From IMG/VR virus record IMGVR_UViG_3300017658_000232, positions 1 to 51,062 of that record: a stretch of DNA of 51,062 nucleotides. One strand, given 5' to 3'. A program made the translations under genes and the position numbers. The number at the start of each line of letters is the position of its first letter. The first letter of the stretch is position 1. Positions 1 to 7,531 of this stretch are shown here, in pieces. The stretch is from a virus. Its lineage: Duplodnaviria; Caudoviricetes. A model generated the notes under the pieces. It saw only the letters and a list, made by a program, of their open reading frames with translations. It was not told where the DNA came from and ran no database searches.

Positions 1-108
1 ATGTTTATGTCAGGTTGCGAAAATGGCGGAGGAAACGGCATAAACTTTGCTTTAATTGTTGTTTTATTTATTTTACTAATCATCATTGGTGCATCTTATT
101 TGGGCTGA
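1..108 (+). CDS. YjcZ/SscA-family small sporulation membrane protein (35 aa), host gene
   Basis: Manual translation MFMSGCENGGGNGINFALIVVLFILLIIIGASYLG*; the FALIVVLFILLIIIG motif is the family signature; below the ORF-track size cutoff. Confidence 0.85.
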   Translation: MFMSGCENGGGNGINFALIVVLFILLIIIGASYLG

Positions 109-150
109 AGATACTAATCTATAACAACAATCATTTTTTAATCTTTAACT

Positions 151-176
151 GGAAGCACTAAATTAAAAGTGCTTCC
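151..176. terminator. Intrinsic terminator-like hairpin
   Basis: GGAAGCACT-N8-AGTGCTTCC perfect 9-bp inverted repeat downstream of the yjcZ-like gene. Confidence 0.6.
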
Positions 177-236
177 TTAATAATTTCTCCTTGAACTATT
201 ATTTCTGCAATCAAGCATTAGAATTTCTTTGGCCAT
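177..236 (-). pseudogene. 5' stub of a ParM/StbA-family gene
   Basis: MAKEILMLDCRNN matches MAKEILMLDCGNN of 3936..4796, then diverges and stops after 19 codons. Confidence 0.85.
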
Positions 237-253
237 GTTAATCCCTCCATTGA

Positions 254-313
254 TTTTATTACTACAGTAATAAAATTCGTATCTGCTTGAAGTTTTATTA
301 CCGTTGTAATAAA
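254..313. promoter_or_regulatory. Two palindromes TTTATTAC-N4-GTAATAAA upstream of the parM stub
   Basis: 254-275 and 293-313; the same pair occurs at 4813-4874. Confidence 0.7.
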
Positions 314-437
314 TAGCTATGGTTTCCCAGCACAAAATATTACAATTCATACAAAAATAATTATGCATTTTATCAAAATTAAATTTGGAAAGGATTTAAT
401 AAAAATTAGTGGAATTAGTATTAAAAGGGTGATATGG

Positions 438-638
438 ATGATAATAAGTAAAATTGGAAAAGCAATCGATGAATCTCCTTATAAAAGAGAATACATAAGA
501 AAAGAATTCAAAAAATCTCGTAACACCATCTCAAATTGGTGTACAGGAAAGAGTTATCCCTCTGTACCTGAGTTATTTAAGTTGGCTGCATTACTGGAAA
601 AGAAAATTGAAGATTTATATGAATGGAGCGAAGAGTAA
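438..638 (+). CDS. XRE-family HTH regulator (66 aa)
   Basis: SRNTISNWCTGKSYPS HTH; ATG at 438 follows the RBS AAGGGTGA. Confidence 0.8.
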   Translation: MIISKIGKAIDESPYKREYIRKEFKKSRNTISNWCTGKSYPSVPELFKLAALLEKKIEDLYEWSEE

Positions 639-773
639 ATGAATCGAAAGACACATTTATTCTTGTCGAAAGCTAACTACTTTTGTCGAATCTATAGTAT
701 TTCTTTCATATTTTAGATAACATATAACTTGCTATTTATTTACAGTTATTATCTATATTTTGGGGGAATTTGT

Positions 774-1058
774 ATGGCAAAAGTAAGACTTAAAAACACT
801 GTTGGAGTTGTGAAAGAGTTGAAAGTTGGTTTTTCATGGACAACTTTCTTTTTTGGTGGCTGGGTAGCAATGTTTAGAGGACAATGGGGAGAAGTAGCAA
901 AGTGGTTCTTCTTAAATCCAATAACTCTAGGTATTTGGGGTTTAGCTCAATGTTGGACAACTAATAAAAAAACAGTTATTAGTTACATCGAAAAAGGTTA
1001 TGAACCATCTTCTGAAACAGATAAACAATTATTAGTAACTAGATCTATAATTGCTTAA
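774..1058 (+). CDS. Small membrane protein (DUF2628/HrgC-like)
   Basis: KVGFSWTTFFFGGW..FRG.W motif and hydrophobic segments; RBS GGGGG before ATG 774. Confidence 0.65.
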   Translation: MAKVRLKNTVGVVKELKVGFSWTTFFFGGWVAMFRGQWGEVAKWFFLNPITLGIWGLAQCWTTNKKTVISYIEKGYEPSSETDKQLLVTRSIIA

Positions 1059-1059
1059 A

Positions 1060-1092
1060 CAAAAAGCCCTTCTCAAACGAGTTGGGCTTTTG
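1060..1092. terminator. Bidirectional intrinsic terminator
   Basis: AAAAAGCCC...GGGCTTTTT between convergent genes. Confidence 0.65.
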
Positions 1093-1170
1093 CTATGCAA
1101 AAAATAACCCCACTCCGAAGAGTAGGGAAGTATGGAGCGTATCTATACAACTAGTATTTATCCATCCCGT

Positions 1171-2048
1171 TTATTTTATGCGGATTTTCTGATTTGGATA
1201 GATTAAATTAATGTTCTTAATGCTTGGATTTAACTTCTTAATAGCAGCAACTGTTGTTTTTTCTTTTTTGACAATGCTAGTTACTGTTTCATTCTTTTTA
1301 ACAGTATGGTATTTCACTGTTGATGATTTTACTGCAGTTTTTTTATTTTCAGACGGATTGATCCAGCTGCCGGGCACGCCTTTTACTTTTGTTACGTTGA
1401 TCATATCACCAGACTTATTGAATACATAATAAGAACCTTTTTCCACTGCACCTTTTTGGTTTTTCTTGTTCTTAGCGTCTGCTGCATTGACATAAGCACC
1501 TACTGATTTGACCACTTTATATGTGCTCACCTTAGTTGTTTCAGCTGCTACTTTTGTTTTTTCTGTTTCTGCAACTTTTTCCTCCGCCCAATGACCAGGA
1601 GACTTTTTAATCTCGTTGCGATCAATACTAATGCCAGCTACTTTCACATCATTTTCATATTGATGCATATGAATAAAGTCTGCCACTTTCCCACGGCTCC
1701 ACGCGTATGTTTGCCAGTAGTAATCGGCAATTCCCTTTATTGCGTTAATAGTTGTATAGGAGCCATACACCCCTAATTTATATCCTTCTAATGTTTGCTT
1801 AACTGCTTTGAAATAAGCCATAATAGCTTTAACATGTGAAGATTGAGAATCAAAATCTACCGCGAAATAAATAGCTGTTCCTTTAGGTTGATCAACTGCT
1901 GCTGCATTTTGAATAGCTTTCGTTTCTATTTTATCAAAAGACTTCTAGCTGTTACCTAAGTAACTTGCCACATATACAAAACCTAGAGATTTCATTTCTT
2001 TTGCTTTTTTGCTGTTAATTTAGTCGCACAATCAAATTCTTTTGCCAT
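1171..2048 (-). pseudogene. Endolysin pseudogene: DUF1906-type glycoside hydrolase plus SH3-like and LysM domains
   Basis: Starts MAKEFDCATKLT at 2048, with a frameshift near 2005, an in-frame stop (YLGNS*KSFD) and an apparent internal deletion; then AIYFAVDFD, GVYGSY, YWQTYAWS motifs; C-terminus nearly identical to the 7532..8545 endolysin. Confidence 0.8.
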
Positions 2049-2130
2049 TTTAAACACACTCCTAATAATTTTTATTTTATATAAAAAAAATTCTTCCTAT
2101 AATCGCTATATGGTCTGTCTTTTTCACTCG

Positions 2131-2297
2131 CTGCTCCAATCTTTTTATCGATTCTCCCTCTCTTTTTATCGATTTCGCCATTTTTTTATCGATTCCGGCC
2201 TCTTTTTATCAACTCCCCATTCTCCTCTCCACTGCTCCAATCTTTTTATCGATTCTCCCTCTCTTTTTATCGATTTCGCCATTTTTTTATTGATTCC
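2131..2297. repeat. 21-bp-period TTTTTATCGAT repeats within a 66-bp direct duplication (101-bp offset)
   Basis: 2131-2196 and 2232-2297 differ at one base; TTTTTATC(G/A)A recurs about every 21 bp. Confidence 0.85.
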
Positions 2298-2317
2298 CAC
2301 TCCTTCTCTCCCAAACT

Positions 2318-2348
2318 AAAAAAGCCCTAACGCTAAAGCGCCAGAGCT
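2318..2348 (-). terminator. Intrinsic terminator of the glnA 3' end
   Basis: Minus strand AGCTCTGGCGC-TTTA-GCGTTAGGGCT followed by a T run. Confidence 0.75.
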
Positions 2349-2362
2349 TCTTTCTTTGTATC

Positions 2363-2422
2363 TTAGTACATTTCCATGTATTGATCTCTTTCCCATGGAT
2401 GTACTTGTGTGCGGAACATGTC
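2363..2422 (-). pseudogene. glnA: Displaced 3' end of the glutamine synthetase gene (prophage att junction)
   Basis: Translates DMFRTQVHPWERDQYMEMY*, matching the Bacillus GlnA C-terminus (WDMFRTQVHPWEREQY); similarity stops abruptly at 2422. Confidence 0.9.
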
Positions 2423-2521
2423 TTTTCTTCTTACTTATTATCATAATTTTTATGAATCCCTTGATATACAACAATTTCTAAAATAGAATTTTTCACTTTT
2501 GTTCATACCTTTTCATCAAAA

Positions 2522-2551
2522 GGGGGCAAAAAAGGGGCAAGATTGGGGGCA
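2522..2551. repeat. Putative integrase arm-type sites (3 x GGGGCA, 11-12 bp period)
   Basis: The same motif occurs twice with an 11-bp period at 51030-51046, at the other prophage end. Confidence 0.65.
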
Positions 2552-2561
2552 TGCCTCACAA

Positions 2562-3152
2562 CTAAATATATTGCATTATCTTTTCAATTGGATTTTTTAT
2601 TAACCCTTTACGATAGTCATCGATAAAATTACTATAGGTTATTTCTAATATATTTTCTAATGTAAATTGATGCTCTGGATAAATATCAAGCATGTCTCTT
2701 AAGATAAATTCTCCTTTGAGTGCTTGCTGGTGGGATAGAGTTACTTTTACCTTTTGAAATCCCCTTTGCTCTTCAAATAAAACTCCTCTATAAATTTCCT
2801 CTGTTTGAAATGGCTTTATAATAGAAGGAGAAAGATCTCGTATGGTCAGTTTTTTATAAACTTCATGTAAGTCATTTCTCTTTTTAAAGTGCTCCAAGAA
2901 ATCTTCATACAATATCTTTGCCAGATCTTTTGTTTCGAATTTCCCTTCCAGCTCTTCTGAAATATCTTCGCAAAAAGAAACCGAACGAAGAAATAAATAT
3001 TCTGGCACATAAAAAGTAAATGTGTGCTTTGGATTGCGGGGACAAAAGAAATTATTCGTTATTCTGTCCCAAAATCCTGCCCCCTCTAATCCTTTTCTAT
3101 TTTCTAAAATCCCCTTCTCTTTTCCAATGATATCTAATGCGCTGAAAATCAT
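2562..3152 (-). CDS. Hypothetical protein with two putative ribbon-helix-helix-like segments
   Basis: 196-aa ORF coupled to the upstream gene; strand-helix-helix patterns TFTFYVPEYLF and KVKVTLSHQQAL. Confidence 0.6.
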   Translation of the reverse strand: MIFSALDIIGKEKGILENRKGLEGAGFWDRITNNFFCPRNPKHTFTFYVPEYLFLRSVSFCEDISEELEGKFETKDLAKILYEDFLEHFKKRNDLHEVYKKLTIRDLSPSIIKPFQTEEIYRGVLFEEQRGFQKVKVTLSHQQALKGEFILRDMLDIYPEHQFTLENILEITYSNFIDDYRKGLIKNPIEKIMQYI

Positions 3153-3583
3153 TAAATACCACCCCTATTGTCATGTATTTTAATACCTGATATGCGCTCG
3201 ATATATGTTTTAACAATGCGATGTACCATTTCTCTATAAGTTACGTCCAGTTCATCTGACATCGATTCGATCATTTCAAAAAATACTTTTTCTAACTTCA
3301 CATGCACAAAGCTGCCAGTATTATCATAAAAATGCTTCTTTGTGTATTCATGTGTTTTAGCCAATTCATGTTTAACTAGCATAGCAACAAATGGTGTTAA
3401 CTTTAAATTATGTTTGTGTGCTTCTCTTTTCAGCAGCAGCTTATCCTCGGCGTTTAATTTTATCTTTGTATCTATCTTTCTATCAGAGCGTTCTTTTCGT
3501 ATTTTTTTCGGCGGGGAAGCGTTCATTTTTCTTGGTCGAGCCACAATATCTTTTCTCCCAAAGATCGTGCTGCTGTTATCCAA
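3152..3583 (-). CDS. Hypothetical tandem RHH-like DNA-binding protein
   Basis: 143 aa, strong RBS GAAAGGAG; basic RKERSDRK, then DTKIKLNAEDKLLLKREA and FVHVKLEKVFFEMIESMS RHH-like patterns. Confidence 0.65.
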   Translation of the reverse strand: MDNSSTIFGRKDIVARPRKMNASPPKKIRKERSDRKIDTKIKLNAEDKLLLKREAHKHNLKLTPFVAMLVKHELAKTHEYTKKHFYDNTGSFVHVKLEKVFFEMIESMSDELDVTYREMVHRIVKTYIERISGIKIHDNRGGI

Positions 3584-3629
3584 AGGTCCTCTCTCCTTTC
3601 AAAATTGCCCTCATTTTATAAAATAGCTT

Positions 3630-3661
3630 AGGGTTTTGGGGTCTCAGGGTTTCTGGGTTCA
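3630..3661. repeat. Four tandem 8-bp repeats (nGGGTTTC consensus)
   Basis: AGGGTTTT GGGGTCTC AGGGTTTC TGGGTTCA in the intergenic gap. Confidence 0.7.
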
Positions 3662-3684
3662 ATAGAAAATGAGAAGGAGGGAGG

Positions 3685-3939
3685 CTATATGAAACTAGAA
3701 ATATCCTCTTCCTCTAGTTCCTCCTCTACATGAACAGGATAAGAAGAAGCTGGCATTATGCCTTCCTTATCTCGTTGCAAAAGCCGCTTTAAATGGTGAC
3801 TATGTTTATACTGCCATAAATGCTCCAGCAACCCTAACTCAAAATCATCGGTAAATTTAAAAGATACACTAATTACTATGCGGTCTTTTCCCTGTGCTTT
3901 TTTCTCTTCTATTACTGCAGTTAAATCTTTTTTACTCAT
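3685..3939 (-). CDS. Putative ParR-like adaptor (RHH-like N-terminus, acidic C-terminal tail)
   Basis: 84 aa overlapping the parM stop; ISVSF strand, HLKRLLQRD helix, EEELEEEDISSFI tail. Confidence 0.6.
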   Translation of the reverse strand: MSKKDLTAVIEEKKAQGKDRIVISVSFKFTDDFELGLLEHLWQYKHSHHLKRLLQRDKEGIMPASSYPVHVEEELEEEDISSFI

Positions 3940-4796
3940 TTGTATATCCTCTTTGCCAATTCAAACCCGCCGACTGCATTTGCGTATACCGGATGCAATA
4001 GTGTTATTTTGGCTTTTTGTTTGTATTTAGGGATAAGTATTTTCGCATTTTGATAGTATTCCTTAAATGAACCATCAAACTTTTCCGCAATGCCACCGCA
4101 TACATGCACAGCTGCTTTCCTATCCCATTTAAGCTTTGTTAGATTAACAGCAACCCCGCGAGCTAAGGAATCATAATTATCCTTTTGGCTTATGGTATCC
4201 GTACCAAAATTGAACGTATCCGATGATCTATTAATATGCTTCCTGTCTCTTATCTTAGCTGCATTTACCGTACCACTGCCAATATCAACAATTAAAGCGT
4301 CGTCACCTAGATCTGCTGCCCAAAATGCCATGCTGCCCTCTGCCCCAACTTTAACATCATGGATGAGTATTTCTTTTTGCTCTCCATTAATTCCAAAAAC
4401 ATGTCGGCCACCCAACATATCTTGGATTTTTTCTTTTTCTTCTTTTACATGCCCTTTTATCGGCTGTCCAGTTACTATGTACAATTCCTTTGTTCCTGGG
4501 CAAAACTTTTCTATATATCTATAAGCGCTGATTAATGCACGTATTTTCATATCTCCATGTGCTTTGCTATCTCCATAAATGGAAGATCCGCCAAATTCAT
4601 TCTCATACTCTGCGATTGGTCCTGCAAAACCTCTTTTACCATCAATCTCAAATTCGAGATCATCCTCACTAAATTTTTCATCAATATTCCGTTCGAACCA
4701 GTCACAAATGTTTGTTTTAAAGTAATCATATCCATGCCATCCTACTGTTTTTCCTCCATTATTACCGCAATCGAGCATTAAAATTTCTTTTGCCAT
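3936..4796 (-). CDS. ParM/StbA-family actin-like ATPase
   Basis: Actin-fold motifs LDCGN (phosphate 1), VTGQP, AEG (connect 1), IVDIGSGT (phosphate 2), VCGG (adenosine), YANAVG (connect 2). Confidence 0.88.
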   Translation of the reverse strand: MAKEILMLDCGNNGGKTVGWHGYDYFKTNICDWFERNIDEKFSEDDLEFEIDGKRGFAGPIAEYENEFGGSSIYGDSKAHGDMKIRALISAYRYIEKFCPGTKELYIVTGQPIKGHVKEEKEKIQDMLGGRHVFGINGEQKEILIHDVKVGAEGSMAFWAADLGDDALIVDIGSGTVNAAKIRDRKHINRSSDTFNFGTDTISQKDNYDSLARGVAVNLTKLKWDRKAAVHVCGGIAEKFDGSFKEYYQNAKILIPKYKQKAKITLLHPVYANAVGGFELAKRIYK

Positions 4797-4812
4797 ATTA
4801 ATCCCTCCAATG

Positions 4813-4874
4813 TTTTATTACCACAGTAATAAATCTCGTATCTGTTTTAGTTTTTATTACCGTTGTAATAAAAA
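4813..4874. promoter_or_regulatory. Two palindromes TTTATTAC-N4-GTAATAAA in the parM promoter region
   Basis: 4813-4833 and 4851-4874. Confidence 0.7.
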
Positions 4875-5017
4875 GATATTGAGAAGAAAATAAAAATATT
4901 CGCTATTTACGTTAATATTTATAAAAAAATACGTTATATATGTAATTAGAAAATTAAAAGGAATATATAAATAATTGGTGAATATACATAATAGGTTAAA
5001 GAAAAGGAGTACATAAT

Positions 5018-5218
5018 ATGAAGGCTCGTATTGGAGAAATCAGAAAGAGTAAAGGGTTAATGCAGAAATTTGTAGCCAATCAAGTTGGAATTTCTCAGCA
5101 ACAATTAAGTGATTTTGAAAAAAATAGAGCATTTCCTCGTATTGATAAAGCCTATAAAATAGCCAAAGTACTGGATTGTACAGTTAACGATTTATATGAA
5201 TGGGAAGAAGAAAAATAA
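5018..5218 (+). CDS. XRE-family HTH regulator
   Basis: QKFVANQVGISQQQLSDFE HTH; RBS AAAGGAG. Confidence 0.88.
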   Translation: MKARIGEIRKSKGLMQKFVANQVGISQQQLSDFEKNRAFPRIDKAYKIAKVLDCTVNDLYEWEEEK

Positions 5219-5235
5219 AAAGGAGCATCATTTAA

Positions 5236-5499
5236 ATGAATTGGGAAAGAAAAGCATTAGAAGCTATGATTTTAAAAGCCATTGAAAGGGAACAGACATA
5301 TAAAGAGAAAATATATAAGTTGGAAGATTTAGGAGTAACTTTAGATTTAGGTGATTTTTCTTATGACATACTAAAAGAAGTGATGAATGAATGGCCTGTA
5401 TTTACAGAAAACCTACATGCCCTATTTCATGGAGAATTATCTACGGAAGAATTTCTTGCTACTGGTTTTAAATATATAGAACAAAAATATAGTAAGTAA
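5236..5499 (+). CDS. Hypothetical protein
   Basis: 87-aa ORF with RBS AAGGAG, co-oriented with the HTH gene. Confidence 0.7.
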   Translation: MNWERKALEAMILKAIEREQTYKEKIYKLEDLGVTLDLGDFSYDILKEVMNEWPVFTENLHALFHGELSTEEFLATGFKYIEQKYSK

Positions 5500-5535
5500 T
5501 GCCACTTTCATAATTGACTTTCTACGAAAAATCAC

Positions 5536-5572
5536 AAAAAATCCTCCTCATAAAGAGAAGGACTTCTTTTTT
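5536..5572. terminator. Bidirectional intrinsic terminator
   Basis: AAAAAATCCTCCTC-ATAAA-GAGAAGGACTTCTTTTTT between convergent genes. Confidence 0.55.
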
Positions 5573-5577
5573 ACTTT

Positions 5578-5718
5578 TTATATTCCTTTACCTGGATCGA
5601 ATGTATAACCTCCTGAAAGTAGATCAAAAGAAAAACCTCCACCGCTTGGGTCACTGCTATATCCTGAACCTCCACCCGGGTCTTTATTTATTTTCATACC
5701 TTCGCCTAGATCTGTCAT
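5578..5718 (-). CDS. Unannotated 46-aa peptide of five tandem D-P/L-x-G-G-like units
   Basis: MTDLGEGMKINKDPGGGSGYSSDPSGGGFSFDLLSGGYTFDPGKGI*; RBS AAAGGGATG 7 nt before ATG; terminator downstream. Confidence 0.75.
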   Translation of the reverse strand: MTDLGEGMKINKDPGGGSGYSSDPSGGGFSFDLLSGGYTFDPGKGI

Positions 5719-5817
5719 ATACATTCATCCCTTTCTTTCACAATATATTTCTATTAGACAAGGTAATGTACTTTTATCTGTCTATTATGAGAAAGCATAT
5801 TACTAAGTGTAAAACTT

Positions 5818-6567
5818 TTATATTGTTACTGAATGTCGTTCTTTAATAATTTGATCTGATATGATACAATTTTGTCCCTCTTTGTATACATACTCCCAAG
5901 GACCACCCACTCGATGCGTTCTATCAACCAGTTCATGAGCACTCACTTCTAAATAAGTGAGAACAACATCAGCTACACATTTAGCAGCTTGAAAACTATG
6001 CTCAGAAGACAATACTTTCATTAAAGATGGAGTGATTATCATCTTATCTGCACTTATACTATATTTTGCATCTTCTTTATAATCAATTAAAGATGAACCG
6101 TGTACTTTATATTTATGAAATACACTCTCAACTACAGGTCCATATTTAAAAGCAATTATAGGTTCATTAAACAACTTTTTTCCTGTTCGCAAAAGAAACT
6201 CAGAATATACATAATAAATTAGCTTTTGTAGTTTTAAATGTGAGACAGAAGTAATTGTTAAAATAAACTTAGCAACATCGTACGCCGTCAATTCTTGATC
6301 ATTCGAAATTACCTCTATAAATGCATCCAAATTTTTTGTGATAATCATATCTTTAAAGAACGAATCCTTATCAACAACCGATTCCCATTTAACTGAACCA
6401 GTAGAAAGTTTGTGTATTCCAAATTGGACATCGCCACAGTGTTTTCTTATTTTCTCTAAAGATGCTTCAATAATTTTTTTATCAAGTTTTTCCTCACTGG
6501 CATAATGCCAAGCGAATCTTCTACCTTCCAAAAAATCACTGACTGTGAGAATAAAATGAAATGCCAT
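5818..6567 (-). CDS. Panacea (DUF4065/SocA-like) antitoxin with N-terminal PAD1-like domain
   Basis: SHLKLQKLIYY and AFKYGPVV motifs; ~90-aa N-terminal extension; directly downstream of the SAS gene. Confidence 0.88.
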   Translation of the reverse strand: MAFHFILTVSDFLEGRRFAWHYASEEKLDKKIIEASLEKIRKHCGDVQFGIHKLSTGSVKWESVVDKDSFFKDMIITKNLDAFIEVISNDQELTAYDVAKFILTITSVSHLKLQKLIYYVYSEFLLRTGKKLFNEPIIAFKYGPVVESVFHKYKVHGSSLIDYKEDAKYSISADKMIITPSLMKVLSSEHSFQAAKCVADVVLTYLEVSAHELVDRTHRVGGPWEYVYKEGQNCIISDQIIKERHSVTI

Positions 6568-6579
6568 GAAAACACCTCC

Positions 6580-7260
6580 TTAATAATACTCTTTGGAGTC
6601 TTTATAAATCTTAGCCCACTCTGTGTATTCCTGTTTATGAAGCGAGTGTGATGTATCATTATTTATAGCATCACACCTTTTCCATATTTGCAATTCCCAT
6701 GGGAAAAACTTATTACTTTCTCCAAAAAAGTAAACATGAGTTGCTTTATAATCCCCTTTTGAAGCATCTCTTGCAGTAATCATATTCGGGTAGTTATGTG
6801 TAAGATATTCACAGAGTAAAGTGAAATTTTTATTAGTATGCTCAAAAGTGTCTACAGTTATCCTAAAACCCAGCAAATCATTTAAACACTTTTGTATCGC
6901 CATCTTACCTTCTTCTGTTTTTCCAACCCTATAATATTTAATTTTCCCTACAATAGATGCAGGTTCTTTTATACGAGCTCTGAAATCTAAATCACTGAAG
7001 TCGTATTCTAAGTCTGTTTGAGCAAGAACAAACTTTAATCTTTCTGTATATTTTTTCAATAAATAATAAAAACTATCCGTAATCATAAATAAAGCAGATT
7101 GATTAATAACTTCAGTAACTTCCGTTATATGTCTTATTTGTTTCTTTTTTAAATTTTTTAATTCCACATCTTTTAGTAAACTAAACTCTGTTGAAAAATC
7201 ATTATGCAGTATATATATTTCTTCAATTAATTTTTTTATTCTTTCGTATAAAAGCTCCAT
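6580..7260 (-). CDS. Toxic small alarmone synthetase (RelA/SpoT nucleotidyltransferase, PhRel2/FaRel2-like toxSAS)
   Basis: RIKEPASIVGK (syn1), NDLLGFRI (syn2), GDYKATH (syn3), WELQIW (syn4); paired with a Panacea antitoxin; alternative start 7281. Confidence 0.85.
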   Translation of the reverse strand: MELLYERIKKLIEEIYILHNDFSTEFSLLKDVELKNLKKKQIRHITEVTEVINQSALFMITDSFYYLLKKYTERLKFVLAQTDLEYDFSDLDFRARIKEPASIVGKIKYYRVGKTEEGKMAIQKCLNDLLGFRITVDTFEHTNKNFTLLCEYLTHNYPNMITARDASKGDYKATHVYFFGESNKFFPWELQIWKRCDAINNDTSHSLHKQEYTEWAKIYKDSKEYY

Positions 7261-7531
7261 ATAACAATCCTTGCAACTCACTGTTTTATATTTATTTTAT
7301 ATGTTGTATATAAAATATTCAATACATATGTTCTTATATAAATTTACACATCTTGTTAAGAAACCATCCGGTGATCTATATATTGTGTTTACACATAAAA
7401 ATTCCTATCAAAACATGTATAATTTTCTATATATAGACTTATAAAATATTTTACAAATTTAAAAAACTCATCTCAAAGAGTAGGACTGTGAAAGGTAATA
7501 ATGAACTATATTATTATTTCTCCTCCCCCGT

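Larger units (their letters stand above)
177..2090. mobile_element. Decayed remnant of the lysis/accessory end of a related prophage
   Basis: Repeats the order parM start, palindromes, divergent HTH, cargo, endolysin seen at 4760-8590; clear DNA similarity at 205-314 vs 4765-4873, 1171-1540 vs 7532-7885 and 2041-2090 vs 8538-8590. Confidence 0.8.

Noticed and set aside
177-368. 63-aa ORF as a real gene
   Set aside because: Its 5' part runs through the palindromic promoter; only the last 19 codons are the parM stub
2131-2297. Possible CRISPR array; also ORF 2110..2319
   Set aside because: Period is only 21 bp, the intervening sequences are themselves duplicated, and no cas genes are present; the ORF is a low-complexity by-product of the repeat
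5514-5846. 110-aa plus-strand ORF
   Set aside because: No RBS, crosses a terminator, and is antisense to the better-supported 46-aa repeat peptide
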